In this document: piece after piece, positions 9,530 through 19,519 of the stretch
How the letters are laid out: every line of letters starts with the position of its first letter
Numbering within the stretch: position 1 is the stretch's first letter
Assembly (NCBI GenBank): GCA_013203785.1
Contig: JABMPJ010000161.1
Location: 10,449-74,448, forward strand
Origin: Lentisphaerota bacterium
GTDB taxonomy: Bacteria; Verrucomicrobiota; Kiritimatiellia; UBA8416; JABMPJ01
Length of the DNA: 64,000 nt
Direction: 5' to 3'
Program-made: the position numbers and the translations under genes
Notes under the pieces: model-generated
Told to the model about the DNA's origin: nothing
Seen by the model: only the letters and a program-made list of their open reading frames with translations
Database searches by the model: none

Positions 9530-11716
9530 CTACAGTGTCTGGGCGATCTCGGAAAGCTCGTAGAACTCCAGGAGATCACCCTCGTCGTAGTCCATGCTCT
9601 TGTCCAGGCGGAGACCACATTCCTGTGCCTCGCGTACCTCGGCGACCTCGTCTTGGAAATGCTTGAGCGATTCGATGCGGCCTTCGCACAGGACCTCTTC
9701 GCCCCGCTTGACACGTGCGCGAAAACTCGGACGGATGTTGCCCTTAACCACGAGGCAGCCCGCCACCTTATTGCGGCGCCCCACCATAAAGACCTTGCGC
9801 ACCTCGGCCACACCCCGGACATCCTCATGGATCAGCGGTTTCAAGAGACCGGTCATCCCGTCACGCACCTCGTCGATCAGCTCATAAATCACCTGGTGCA
9901 GGCGAATTTCAACACCTTCGTGCTTGGCCACGGCGTCGATTCCGGATTCCTTACCCACATGAAAAGCCAACACAATCGCGTTGGAGGCGCTGGCCAGCAT
10001 AACATCGTTTTCAGTCACGTTGCCTGTGCCGCTCAAAATAATGTTGAGGATCACCTTGTCGCTCTGAATGTCTTCGAGCGAGGTCGCAATGGCCTCAACC
10101 GAGCCCTGCGTATCGGCCTTGAGCACAACCTTCAGCTCCATCTTCTCACCCTCTTCAATCTGTTTGAAAAGGGAGTCGAGGGAGGTCTTGACCGGCGCAT
10201 AGAGGTTCTCCTGACGCACCTTCGTCGCCTCGGCCGTCGCGAGCGAGCGGGCCGCCTTCTCGTTGGCATAGACCATGAAGCGGTCACCGGCACCCGGCAC
10301 ACCGGGCAGACCGAGCAATTTGACCGGAGTGGAGGGACCCGCCGACTTTATCTTGGCACCGTGGTCATTGATCAGAGCGCGGACCTTGCCAGAGTACGAA
10401 CCGCACAAAATGACATCGCCAATGCTCAGGGTACCCCGCTTAACCAGCACGGTCGCGGTCGGGCCCATGCCGGGCTCAAGCTGGGCCTCAATCACGAACC
10501 CCTCGGCGCGGCGGGAGGGGTTGGCCTTGAGCTCAAGGACCTCAGCCTGTAGCAGAATCATTTCGAGAAGATGGTCAATGCCATCGCCCGTCTCAGCGCT
10601 AACGGGACAGCAGATCACCTCGCCGCCCCAATCTTCCGGGGCCAATCCTTCAGTCTGCAGCTGCTGCATGACACGCTGCACATCCGCAGTCGGCATGTCG
10701 ATTTTATTGATAGCCACCATCATGGATACACCAGCCGCCTGGACGTGTTTGATCGCCTCGCGCGTCTGAGGCATGATGCCATCGTCGGCCGCAATAATGA
10801 TGACGGCCACATCCGTCAGGTTGGCACCTCGCGCCCGCATAGCAGTAAAAGCCGCGTGGCCGGGGGTGTCGAGGAAGGCGATCTTCTTGCCGCTCAACTC
10901 GACCGTATAGGCTCCGATGTGCTGGGTGATACCACCGGACTCACCGGCCGCCACCTTGGCGTTGCGAATTTTGTCGAGCAGCGAGGTCTTGCCGTGGTCA
11001 ACATGCCCCAGGAACGTCACAACCGGCGGACGCGGTTCCAGATCCTCGGACTGGTCCTCATCTTCGGGGCGTTCGGCCAATTTGTTGTCAATGCTGGGCC
11101 TGCGGCCGCGCTTCTCAATCTCGACCGTAAAGCCATGCTTGTCCGCGATCTTCTTGATCACCTGCACGTCGATGCTCTGGTTGATCGCGGCCAGAATGTT
11201 CATCTTCATCAGCTCAGCGATGATCACGTTCGGCTTGAGACTGATCACGTCAGCGAGGTGTTTGACGATAATGGGGCCGCGCAGACGCAGGATGTTACCA
11301 TCCACAACCTCCGCCAGCGGCAGGGCCGAGGCTCCTGAGTCCAGCTCGGGGGCAGCAACAGGAGCAGGCTTGGCGGGCTCGACGGAATCACTCTTCGCCT
11401 TGGCCTTGGCCTTGACATTCGCCTTGGGCAATGGTGCCTCGGGCACCACAATGCTGGGAGCCGGAGCCACCGCGACCGGGGCGGCAGTTTTTTTCGCCGG
11501 TTTGGCCTTCGGCTTAGCGGATGGAGACGTGGGGGCCGTCAGCTCGGGCGTGGGGGCGGGCTTGGGCGGTGGAGGGGCTTCGCCCCGCAATACAGCCAGC
11601 ATGGTGTCGTCCACAACCGCCATCTGGTTCTTGGCGACGACACCCATCTCGTGCAGCTTGAGCAGCACCTCTTTGCTGGTGACGCCGAGCTCTTTAGCTA
11701 TCAGAAAAACTTTCAT
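9530..11716 (-). CDS. infB: translation initiation factor IF-2
   Basis: 728 aa. N-terminal IF2_N ([12 protein letters not shown]), Ala/Pro/Lys-rich linker, G domain [12 protein letters not shown]...DTPGH. Confidence 0.96.
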   Translation of the reverse strand: MKVFLIAKELGVTSKEVLLKLHEMGVVAKNQMAVVDDTMLAVLRGEAPPPPKPAPTPELTAPTSPSAKPKAKPAKKTAAPVAVAPAPSIVVPEAPLPKANVKAKAKAKSDSVEPAKPAPVAAPELDSGASALPLAEVVDGNILRLRGPIIVKHLADVISLKPNVIIAELMKMNILAAINQSIDVQVIKKIADKHGFTVEIEKRGRRPSIDNKLAERPEDEDQSEDLEPRPPVVTFLGHVDHGKTSLLDKIRNAKVAAGESGGITQHIGAYTVELSGKKIAFLDTPGHAAFTAMRARGANLTDVAVIIIAADDGIMPQTREAIKHVQAAGVSMMVAINKIDMPTADVQRVMQQLQTEGLAPEDWGGEVICCPVSAETGDGIDHLLEMILLQAEVLELKANPSRRAEGFVIEAQLEPGMGPTATVLVKRGTLSIGDVILCGSYSGKVRALINDHGAKIKSAGPSTPVKLLGLPGVPGAGDRFMVYANEKAARSLATAEATKVRQENLYAPVKTSLDSLFKQIEEGEKMELKVVLKADTQGSVEAIATSLEDIQSDKVILNIILSGTGNVTENDVMLASASNAIVLAFHVGKESGIDAVAKHEGVEIRLHQVIYELIDEVRDGMTGLLKPLIHEDVRGVAEVRKVFMVGRRNKVAGCLVVKGNIRPSFRARVKRGEEVLCEGRIESLKHFQDEVAEVREAQECGLRLDKSMDYDEGDLLEFYELSEIAQTL

Positions 11717-11756
11717 AATCGTTTCCAGACGGCTTTCCCCGCCGACGCCTTCTTAC

Positions 11757-13268
11757 TCAGGCTTTCTCTTCTTTATCGTCGGACGCGGCCACTTCTTCGG
11801 CCGCCTCCGCCTCCGCAGGTGTCACGTCACCGGTAGCCTCATCCGGGATCGCGGCCTCTTCGAGTGGGGACTCTTCAACAGGCGTCGTTTCCGCTTCGGC
11901 TTCGGTTGTCGGTTCCGCTTCGGCTTCCGCCTCCACCTCGACGATCGCCTCAGGCAGGGCCTCGGCTTCCGCGTGGGCATCGACCTCAGACGCGGCCTCG
12001 GCCTCAGTGTCAGCCGCGGCACTGACAGGCTTAACCCCCATCGCGGCATCGTGGATGGTCTGGGCCACATCGAGCTCCAATCCGGTCATCTCGGCGAGCT
12101 CACTGACTTCGGCTGCCAGAATACCATCCACAGTCAGGAATCCGACGGTCACGAGGGCCTGAGCATTCACGGGCCCGATACCCTCTACCACAGCCAGGGC
12201 CTCGACGGCCTCGGCCAGCTGCTTCTCAAAGTCGGCCTCCTGCTCATCTTTCTGGATATCAACCTTCAGGCCAAGCAGTTTGGCGGTCAAGCGGACGTTC
12301 TGGCCACGCTTGCCTATGGCCAGCGAGAGCTGGTCAGCATCGGCCACGACGTGCACCAGGCCGGGATCATTCTCATCGATCGTCACCTTGGCCAATTTGG
12401 CCGGTGAGAGGGCGTTGGCCACGTACGTGCGCGTGTCATCACTCCACCGAATAATATCGATTTTCTCGCCGGAGAGTTCGCGAACGATGTTTTTGACGCG
12501 CATGCCGCGCATGCCAACGCACGCGCCGACCGGATCGACCTTCTCGTCGTGCGACAGGACCGCGATCTTGGTGCGGTAGCCCGCCTCACGAGCGATGCCC
12601 TTGATTTCCACAATGCCGTCGTTGATCTCAGAGACCTCGAGCTCAAAGAGCGTCCGCACAAAATTGGGATGACTGCGCGACAAAACCACGCCGGGCCCCG
12701 CTGATTCGCTACGCACATCCAGCACGTAGGCGCGAATGCGGTCGCCGATCTGATACTCCTCGGTGGGGACACGCTCGTTGGACGGTAGCAACGCCTCAGC
12801 GCGCCCCAAATCGATCACGATGTCGCTACGGTTGAACTGGCGCACCGACCCGCTCACGATATCACCCACACGGTCCTTATATTCTTCGTAGACGACATCC
12901 TTTTCGGCCTGCCGGATGCGCTGGATAATGGCCTGTTTGGCTGTTTGGGCGGCGATGCGACCAAAATCGCGAGGGGTCACCTCCACCTCGGTGAACTCAC
13001 CGAGCTCAGCCGCGGGATCAATCTCCAGCGCGTCGGCGAAAAGGACCTCTTCGTCCGCATGGGTCACATCTTCAACGACCAGCTTCTTGGCAAACGCCTT
13101 GATATCGTAGGTCTTGCGATCAATCTCTATACGGACATCCTTGTTTCGCGCCAAATTCTTGCGGGATGCCGACTGGAGCGCGTATTCGACCGCCTGAATA
13201 AGGATTTCGCGATCAAGACCACGCTCCTTCTCCATGTAGTTAAGAATCGCCTGCAGTTCGTTATTCAT
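11757..13268 (-). CDS. nusA: transcription termination/antitermination factor NusA (with long acidic C-terminal tail)
   Basis: 503 aa. Starts [29 protein letters not shown]1, KH1/KH2 and acidic-repeat domains. The E/A/T-rich C-terminal extension is unusual but conserved in order. Confidence 0.95.
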   Translation of the reverse strand: MNNELQAILNYMEKERGLDREILIQAVEYALQSASRKNLARNKDVRIEIDRKTYDIKAFAKKLVVEDVTHADEEVLFADALEIDPAAELGEFTEVEVTPRDFGRIAAQTAKQAIIQRIRQAEKDVVYEEYKDRVGDIVSGSVRQFNRSDIVIDLGRAEALLPSNERVPTEEYQIGDRIRAYVLDVRSESAGPGVVLSRSHPNFVRTLFELEVSEINDGIVEIKGIAREAGYRTKIAVLSHDEKVDPVGACVGMRGMRVKNIVRELSGEKIDIIRWSDDTRTYVANALSPAKLAKVTIDENDPGLVHVVADADQLSLAIGKRGQNVRLTAKLLGLKVDIQKDEQEADFEKQLAEAVEALAVVEGIGPVNAQALVTVGFLTVDGILAAEVSELAEMTGLELDVAQTIHDAAMGVKPVSAAADTEAEAASEVDAHAEAEALPEAIVEVEAEAEAEPTTEAEAETTPVEESPLEEAAIPDEATGDVTPAEAEAAEEVAASDDKEEKA

Positions 13269-13340
13269 GACCTGTTTCTCTCCACCCGGGGCGGACCCCG
13301 TTCAATTGTCCAGTTTTTCGCGCCGCCCCCATATGCACAA

Positions 13341-13364
13341 AAGAGTGGGGTAAGCCCCACTCTT
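13341..13364. promoter_or_regulatory. perfect 10-bp hairpin AAGAGTGGGG-TAAG-CCCCACTCTT in the nusA leader (73 nt upstream of ATG)
   Basis: Seen directly. Its position suggests a leader attenuator or processing site. Confidence 0.3.
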
Positions 13365-13466
13365 CACCTGACCACTATGTAAAGGGCAACCGGTACTGTA
13401 TGCGCCGCCCCCGGAATCGTCAAGCCCCCATCTGGAAAGCTTTCTACGCACTACGCCTCAAGCAGG

Positions 13467-13567
13467 AGTCAGAATTCAGAAGTCAGAAGTCAGTGCCCCA
13501 TTCTTCGTGGGGTCAAAACGTCCAAGTGACTCTCATTCTGAATTCTGACTCCTGAATTCTGACTTCC
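13467..13567. repeat. compound inverted/tandem repeat: three CAGAAKT heptads, a CCCCA..TGGGG mini-hairpin and an inverted copy (TTCTGAATTCTGACTCC x2)
   Basis: GAGTCAGAATTCAGAAGTCAGAAGTCAGTG ... GTGACTCTCATTCTGAATTCTGACTCCTGAATTCTGACTTCC. A 17-nt arm is exactly complementary. It lies between the divergently arranged nusA operon and the thioredoxin-like gene. Confidence 0.5.
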
Positions 13568-13726
13568 TTGCTGGGGACACAGAAGCTTACACCATCATCT
13601 CGCGCTGCTCGCATTGACTCGCTTGGCATCGCAGACAGAGTGCTCTGGCATTTTAAGCCCGCTTCTGTCGTGACAGAGGCCGGTACGGTTGGATACTGTC
13701 AGGGCATACGAAAACTAAGGAGAGTG

Positions 13727-14311
13727 ATGATGCCCTTTACACTGCCGTTGGGAACAGAGGCGCCGGATTTCAGTCTGCCGGCCACAGATGGAAAGCGCTA
13801 CAGCCTGGCCGACTTTGCCGAGAGCGAGGTGCTGGTGATCTTCTTTACCTGCAACCATTGCCCCTATGTCATCGGCTCAGATGAGGTGACCCGGGCCACC
13901 GCCAACCGCTTTAAAGCGCAGGGCGTGGCGTTCCTCGGAATTAACTCTAATAGTATCAATACCTACGCCGAAGACAGCTTCGATCATATGGTCGCACGTA
14001 TGAAAGAGCATCACTTCCCCTGGGTATATGCCCATGACCAGTCCCAGGAAGTCGCCGTGGCCTATGGTGCCCTACGGACGCCGCACTTCTATGTCTTCGA
14101 CCGCGCACGCAAGCTGGTCTATACCGGCCGCGCCATCGACACCCCGCGCAACGGAGCGCAGGCCACAATCAACGATCTGGACAACGCGCTGGAAGACATC
14201 CTGGCCGGACGCCCGGTCCAGACCCCCTTGACCAACCCGATCGGCTGCAACGTCAAGTGGGACCGCAAGGAAGCGCACTGGATGCCTGCCGACGCCTGTG
14301 ATTTGGTGTAG
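13727..14311 (+). CDS. thioredoxin-fold protein, AhpC/TSA / TlpA-like family (CxxC: FTCNHCPYV)
   Basis: ORF 13568..14311. Preferred start is ATG 13727, preceded by AAGGAGAG RBS. Motifs include [26 protein letters not shown]. Confidence 0.7.
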   Translation: MMPFTLPLGTEAPDFSLPATDGKRYSLADFAESEVLVIFFTCNHCPYVIGSDEVTRATANRFKAQGVAFLGINSNSINTYAEDSFDHMVARMKEHHFPWVYAHDQSQEVAVAYGALRTPHFYVFDRARKLVYTGRAIDTPRNGAQATINDLDNALEDILAGRPVQTPLTNPIGCNVKWDRKEAHWMPADACDLV

Positions 14312-14974
14312 TTACTTCCTGCGGTTTCGTTTCCTGGCCTTCGCCGCCTGCTTCCGTTTGGCCTTCGCCTTCTTGCGGCTTGCGAGGTGAGGGCCAGAGG
14401 GTACCCCGGATGACCGAAGATGGTCCCCGTCCACCACCATATCCATGATCTGTTCGTCCTCATCGAGGATATATATAGGCTTCTCGCCGTTCCATGTTCC
14501 AAAGTAGTCGGGATCCTTCTTGCCGAAATAGTCTATGCCCACCACACGGCGGAAGGTGTAGCCATGCTTCACGCCGGTGGCCACCATCTGTTCATCAACA
14601 ATGACTGTCGGGCAGGTTGTGCAGAAGAAACCGGCCGGCGCAAGCATCGCGCGAGTTGCGATATCCGTGGCATAGATGAAATTGGCCGCCCTCCGCTGCG
14701 TCGCGGACTGACAAAGGGGACAGATCGCCACGTTCCCCAGGAACTTTTTCGAGTAGCCGTGGGTGACATTTCCTTCAAAAAGCGCGAGACCATTGCGCCG
14801 GATGACCTCCTCGGCCAATGCCTTTTGTGATTCCGCCTCAAAACTGTCGAGATCAACCGTTACCATCTTCCCATTGCGAAGAATACCGGGCTCCCTGCCG
14901 ACATCGGGGGTCACCGTCTCCTTCGTTTCGTCCACGCGCCTATTCTTCTCTCTAAATCGTTGGAACAGGTTCAT
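14312..14974 (-). CDS. hypothetical protein with two CxxC pairs and a polybasic C-terminal tail (KKAKAKRKQAAKARKRNRRK)
   Basis: 220 aa. ICPLCQ and FFCTTCP suggest a zinc ribbon; the tail suggests nucleic-acid binding. No family recognised. Its stop abuts the stop of the convergent gene at 14311 with 0 nt spacer. Confidence 0.45.
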   Translation of the reverse strand: MNLFQRFREKNRRVDETKETVTPDVGREPGILRNGKMVTVDLDSFEAESQKALAEEVIRRNGLALFEGNVTHGYSKKFLGNVAICPLCQSATQRRAANFIYATDIATRAMLAPAGFFCTTCPTVIVDEQMVATGVKHGYTFRRVVGIDYFGKKDPDYFGTWNGEKPIYILDEDEQIMDMVVDGDHLRSSGVPSGPHLASRKKAKAKRKQAAKARKRNRRK

Positions 14975-14981
14975 TCTTCCC

Positions 14982-15362
14982 TCATCTTCTCAGCGCCCTC
15001 CTGTAGCGCTGCATGCCACGCCGCACCAGCCCGCACGAGAACCGCGAGGCGATGACGAGACGGCCGTCAGCGACGACCGGTCGGCAGCTGATCGGTGCAG
15101 TTGGGAGGCGACGGTACATCCCACGTGCGAGACACCAGATAACCGGATGCGGCGAACGCAGAAGTATCCGCAGACATTCCTGCTCCATCGGCAAATGGAA
15201 ACCGCTGATAACGAGAACGCCTTCGTTCCGAAACCGCTTGGCGAGGTCATAGGTTTCGAGAATCAGTTTTCCCGGGCACTTGACGGAGCAGAACCGTGCG
15301 ACCTTGGGACGATCCAAGATTCCCGCGTCTCCGATAATCTGAATGGCTGGTTTGGCTGTCAT
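14982..15362 (-). CDS. short DprA/Smf-like (SLOG superfamily) Rossmann-domain protein, possibly a truncated remnant
   Basis: 126 aa. VLVISGFHLPMEQECLRILL...PVIWCLARGMYRRLP aligns position-for-position with the DprA core VVSGLAxGIDxxAHRGAL...TIAVLGxGLDxxYP. The downstream GRLVIASRFSCG resembles GxLlSExPxG. Too short for a full DprA Rossmann domain. Confidence 0.3.
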   Translation of the reverse strand: MTAKPAIQIIGDAGILDRPKVARFCSVKCPGKLILETYDLAKRFRNEGVLVISGFHLPMEQECLRILLRSPHPVIWCLARGMYRRLPTAPISCRPVVADGRLVIASRFSCGLVRRGMQRYRRALRR

Positions 15363-15565
15363 CGCTCAGTCTCAATCACTTGGGTTATCTCGTTTTACGT
15401 AGTTCCTGTCACGACCGATGATGGCCCCATTTGCCCCTTTGTGTCACCTTTGCTGCGTGAGCCATTCGCGAGCCATTTCCATCATCACTTCTCCGTGGCA
15501 CGTTTGGCGCGTTCTTGGCACGATTCGGTCTCTTGTTGCCGGATTCGTATTCTGGTGCGTTTGGT

Positions 15566-17050
15566 TCATTTATGGTGCGTTTGAGATGCGTTTGTTTGCC
15601 CCTTATGCCCCTTCATTGCCCCTTTCGCCACTCGGTAAAAGACGCCTCTCCCTGTAGTACCGACCTTCTCTACCAGTTTCATCTCTACCAACCCGGCCAG
15701 ATCAAGGGACGCGGTTCTCTTGGCAACAGAAAATGCCCGTTGATACTCCGTATTTGTCATGCGCCCGTGTGTCTTCATCAACCCAATGGCTCGGATTTTC
15801 CGCTCATTCAGGCCCAACTCATCTATCACCGCATCAGTAAGCCAATCACGCCAAATCACTGTGACAAACCGTTCTCCCTCACCGCGGAATTCCGGTTCCG
15901 GCAGACCGGCATCGGCGCACAACTGTATCATGTCGAGTGTCCCGGTTCCGGCCCGCTCGATATAGTGCGCCAGGTAGAGGGGTTCGCAGATCAAGCGATT
16001 GCGCGGAACGGAGGGATGCGGCCCTTTCAGCATGTCTGACGTCAGATCTTCCGGCAGGCCACCCGGATTCCAGATCTCGATGCGGTTGGCGAAGACCATG
16101 ACCTGCACGCCGGACTTGGAGGCATAGTTGCGATGGGCTACGGCGTTGACGATCGCCTCGCGTACAACCCGGAAGGGTACCTCATAGCTGACATCGCTTG
16201 CAGCCGACTTGTCGCTGGGCTTGACGGAGCGGTGCAGCCGGTCCATGACGAAATCCACGGCTTTGTCCACCACGTCAAACAAGGATCCATGATAGACTTG
16301 CTGGCTGGGGATAGGCTTTGCAATGGCGGTGCCATGGAAGTGCAGACACGTCACGTCAGCCGAACGGATAAACCGCTCCGGCGCGTCATTAAAGAGCAGG
16401 ATAGCGCCCCGTGTCGGTTTGCCTTTGGCGAGCAGGTTTAGGTGGGCCAGCGCCTCTTTGCGCGAGGTGTTGGGAGCAAGTGCATAGCTTCTTTCTGCAC
16501 GAGCCTTCTCTATAAACCAACGCATCTTTTGCGTCGAAATATCTTTGAGTGTAGCGTCATGGCAGGCAACTGCATCGAAATCTTTCGCCGCCACAAACCC
16601 ATGATCCTGTAGATACTGAATCAAGCTGCCGTAGAGCAGGCGCAGCATTTCGTCCGTATTCTCAAACCGCCGTCGGACAACTTCAGCCCCCGCACGTTCG
16701 ATCAGGGCCTTCATCATTGGCTTACGAGCCTTGTCGTCGCGTCCCTTCACCAGAATCAGGCGGCGTTTGCGAAGTCGCGTCGCTTCGGCGAACTCACGCT
16801 CCGTGGGCGACTGGCCACTATCGTCCGTCCATCCGTACTCGTTTCCAAAGACGCCGACGTAGATCGCGCTGTTCTTCACTTCATCGAGGTAGACGGCATC
16901 CGCCCGCCGATCCGCAGGCGGCAAGCCCTCAAACAGAAATACCCGGAAGAACTGCCGCAACAGGTCATGCCCATGAACAAAATCGCGCATGACATACCGC
17001 TCCGCCTGAAGCTCCTTCTGCACACTGCTTATGATTAATTGATCCATCAT
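15566..17050 (-). CDS. ATP-binding protein: DUF4062-like N-terminal domain + AlbA_2 (Schlafen-like divergent AAA) + HATPase_c_4 + C-terminal winged HTH
   Basis: 494 aa. The N-terminal block (LIISSVQKELQAER...SAIYVGVFGNEYG...SPTEREF) matches my recollection of DUF4062. AlbA_2 block ~190-300. HATPase_c_4 block VVREAIVNAVAHRNYASKSGVQVMVFANRIEIWNPGGLP. The wHTH lies in the last ~70 aa. The C-terminal low-complexity tail is encoded by short tandem DNA repeats. Confidence 0.7.
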   Translation of the reverse strand: MMDQLIISSVQKELQAERYVMRDFVHGHDLLRQFFRVFLFEGLPPADRRADAVYLDEVKNSAIYVGVFGNEYGWTDDSGQSPTEREFAEATRLRKRRLILVKGRDDKARKPMMKALIERAGAEVVRRRFENTDEMLRLLYGSLIQYLQDHGFVAAKDFDAVACHDATLKDISTQKMRWFIEKARAERSYALAPNTSRKEALAHLNLLAKGKPTRGAILLFNDAPERFIRSADVTCLHFHGTAIAKPIPSQQVYHGSLFDVVDKAVDFVMDRLHRSVKPSDKSAASDVSYEVPFRVVREAIVNAVAHRNYASKSGVQVMVFANRIEIWNPGGLPEDLTSDMLKGPHPSVPRNRLICEPLYLAHYIERAGTGTLDMIQLCADAGLPEPEFRGEGERFVTVIWRDWLTDAVIDELGLNERKIRAIGLMKTHGRMTNTEYQRAFSVAKRTASLDLAGLVEMKLVEKVGTTGRGVFYRVAKGAMKGHKGQTNASQTHHK

Positions 17051-17097
17051 CTCGCCATTGCGGCCATTACGAGACCTTGAGATTGTAAGTGGGAAAT

Positions 17098-18963
17098 CTA
17101 CAGCAGATGTTCCGCCTTGTAGTCATCATTGATGCAGTACCGGGGCTTGCCTTCCATGCGATGGATGAAGCCCGCTTTTTCCATACCGTTGAAAGCGCTT
17201 CTGGCCTTGCGAAGAAAACCATCGAACTTCTTGATGTTGCCGACTGCGACATGACTCTGGAACCACAGGGCGAGGCTTACTTGTCGTGCGCTGGGATAAG
17301 GGGTCTTCGAGTATCGGTTGAATCTGTAGACGATACTCAACAGATCTTTGCTGAAATCATGAAGCTGGTCGAAGGCTGCGCCATAAGCATCCCTCAACTC
17401 GACGATATGATCTCGCTTTAGCAGGAGACGATCGGCAATGTAAACCGGATGCAACGATGTGCTGCTCTGATGCTTGGAGATCAACCCCTTGTTTTCAAGA
17501 AACGAAATCTCGTTGAAGTGGTTGTTGTCGGGCGTGAGTAGAATTGTGTAGCGCAACTGCGCGTTTGCCCATTCTGACTTGATCAGGTAGGCAAGGATAC
17601 GCTTCTGCTGTTCGTTTAACGTTCGACCTTCCAGACGGTCCTCGATGTAGCGGTCGAAAGACAGAAACAGCGCTTCCATCCGGTCGTCCAAAAGTCGACC
17701 GGTGTTGAGAAACAGCCCGATGTCCGACTCCGAGTAGAAGCGATAGTACGGCAGATCAACGAGATTCTGTAAGCACAAGTCCACCATCGTCGCCATTCCT
17801 ATGCCCTTGCCTTCCCACTTGTTGAAGACCATGAGTACCATGGCCAGCTTGGGATTTCGCGGACGTGCCTCCGGTACAATACGCCTGACAGGAACGGAGT
17901 GGTCCGGCTCTTCGATAACCAGGTGTTTTCTGAAAGCGCCCGGATTTCGGATCTCTATATGGCTTCCCGGCTTGATCGTGATCGTAACATATTTGTCGAT
18001 AGAGTAATCACGATGCGCCAAGGCGTTGTTGACGGTCTCGCGAATCAAGGCCTGTGGATACTGGGGGGTTGCCGAACCGCCTTCATCCAGGCTTACCCCC
18101 ACCGGGATGTTTCTCATGACAAATGCGTTTGCCGCTTCCATGACGGGAAGTATGTTGCCGCTGATGACCTGCTTATCCTGAACAACGACCTGCGGGGCTT
18201 CCACATAACCATGAACGCGACAGCGAAACTGTAGATGGTCTTCGGGATGCTGACCGCAGACGAGCATGCCCAACGTCGTGACCTGGCCGTCTTTAACGAA
18301 GGCCTTCCGGCTGAGAAAGGACATAGCGGAATGGACATCCGGCTTCATGGTTTCCACTTTGGTCTGGCGATTGAGCAGCTGGATATACTCGTTGAGTTGA
18401 TCGATATCCAAGTCATTTGGTGTTGCGTTGGCAACCGGCATCAGTTCACGAGCTTGCAGGACATCTTCTTTGTATTCCTCTTGGCTCGATATTTCCGCTT
18501 CCGACAGCTTGTGATCACCTGTGAGAACACGGCGATAACCAACGCCATTCAAGAAACAGAACTTCTGATCGGCTGGAAGCTCATCCACGAAAACTACCGC
18601 CACCTGACCATCCATGAACGAGCGCAATTCCGGGTTCGGAAAAAGCGATTTCAGATCAAGCTTCCGTCCCTGACGATCCGTGAAGACCGCACCGAATTCC
18701 TTCAACTTCGGTTCCGCCTCGGAGCGGTAGCCTGTGAAGATGTAGCGGCTGGTTCCGGCTGACTGCTCTTCCTTTACTCCCAGCAACAGCACTCCACCAC
18801 GCGTATTGAGAAACGCATTGACGGTCTCATGTATGCTACGCCATTCCCCGCCGGTCGCGGGAACCGGTTTGATTTCGATTCCGTCGCTCTCCAACTCTTC
18901 AAACTCGCCGCCACGAATCAGCGGCTCCAGTTTTTCCAGCAATTGGTCTATGGTCTTGCGCAT
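17098..18963 (-). CDS. ATP-binding protein with two AlbA_2 (Schlafen-like) domains + HATPase_c_4 + long C-terminal domain
   Basis: 621 aa. First AlbA_2 at residues ~1-110 (GGEWRSIHETVNAFLNTRGGVLLLGV). Second AlbA_2 ~200-290. HATPase_c_4 motif LIRETVNNALAHRDYSIDKYVTITIKPGSHIEIRNPGAF. Paralogous to the upstream gene. Confidence 0.7.
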   Translation of the reverse strand: MRKTIDQLLEKLEPLIRGGEFEELESDGIEIKPVPATGGEWRSIHETVNAFLNTRGGVLLLGVKEEQSAGTSRYIFTGYRSEAEPKLKEFGAVFTDRQGRKLDLKSLFPNPELRSFMDGQVAVVFVDELPADQKFCFLNGVGYRRVLTGDHKLSEAEISSQEEYKEDVLQARELMPVANATPNDLDIDQLNEYIQLLNRQTKVETMKPDVHSAMSFLSRKAFVKDGQVTTLGMLVCGQHPEDHLQFRCRVHGYVEAPQVVVQDKQVISGNILPVMEAANAFVMRNIPVGVSLDEGGSATPQYPQALIRETVNNALAHRDYSIDKYVTITIKPGSHIEIRNPGAFRKHLVIEEPDHSVPVRRIVPEARPRNPKLAMVLMVFNKWEGKGIGMATMVDLCLQNLVDLPYYRFYSESDIGLFLNTGRLLDDRMEALFLSFDRYIEDRLEGRTLNEQQKRILAYLIKSEWANAQLRYTILLTPDNNHFNEISFLENKGLISKHQSSTSLHPVYIADRLLLKRDHIVELRDAYGAAFDQLHDFSKDLLSIVYRFNRYSKTPYPSARQVSLALWFQSHVAVGNIKKFDGFLRKARSAFNGMEKAGFIHRMEGKPRYCINDDYKAEHLL

Positions 18964-19054
18964 TGTTCACCTCGCAATCTGTCTCTTCTTCACTCCGACC
19001 CAGCGCCCCGCCCATGCGGTATTTGATGTCGTAATTGATGATGAAATCCACGCC

Positions 19055-19519
19055 TTACCCCCGTCCCAACCGCTGCGCCTGATGCACCAAGTCCTTACAG
19101 GCATCGCCGCACTGCTGGAACTCGGCTTGCGAATTGCCACAGACGGTGTTCGCGAAACGCCCGAAAGACGGAAGTCCCTTCTCGTCGGCGTTTGTGGGAA
19201 TCCCAACCATCAGCTGATCGCGAAAATCCTGGGCGAGCTTTCGCTTGAGAGCAATGGCCGTAGCCTGGTCGATTTGCTCCCCATCTTTGGCGAGACTCAT
19301 GGAATGCCGCAGTTGGTCCTGTGGCATTTGCTGCATGCCGACGAGCAGGCGGCAGCAGTGGCCCTCGCCGCCGGACCAATTCTCGATGGATTCGTGCAGT
19401 TGTCGCCATCCACGGAGGTTGAAATACCCGACGCAGAAGTCGCCACGGTGACAAAGCCCGAGCGTCTCCTGCAGGGCCGGCAGAAGTCTCTCCTCAATGT
19501 TGTCAAAGATGCGAGGCAC
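19055..19519 (-). pseudogene. truncated N-terminal fragment of a PLD-like nuclease / SF2 helicase-type defence protein
   Basis: 154 aa ORF MPRIFDNIEERLLPALQETLGLCHRGDFCVGYFNLRGWRQL...GHCCRLLVGM. The fDN..l..l......d..vGYFnlrGw...iRllvG pattern is typical of the N-terminal PLD-like domain fused to restriction/defence helicases. It ends before any HxK motif or helicase motifs, and only ~90 nt remain before the next gene. Confidence 0.45.

Noticed and set aside
839-12407. Many long antisense ORFs in the track (e.g. 839..1477 +, 5011..5367 +, 7693..8487 +, 9653..10552 +, 10917..12407 + 496 aa) overlapping pnp, ribF, infB and nusA
   Set aside because: They lie opposite genes with unmistakable conserved protein products. 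High-GC genomes generate long stop-free antisense frames. Their translations are low-complexity (Arg/Ala/Gly/Pro-rich) with no family resemblance.
12945-13382. ORF 12945..13382 (+), considered as a possible rimP in the expected position upstream of nusA
   Set aside because: It is on the wrong strand, overlaps the nusA N-terminal coding region, and its translation bears no resemblance to RimP. The nusA upstream region is treated as a non-coding leader.
15554-15624. Short tandem DNA repeats (GGTGCGTTTG x3, GCCCCTT x3) at 15554-15624
   Set aside because: They fall inside or straddle the 3' end of the 15566..17050 gene and simply encode its low-complexity C-terminal tail (AKGAMKGHKGQTNASQTHHK). 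They are not a separate regulatory or mobile feature.
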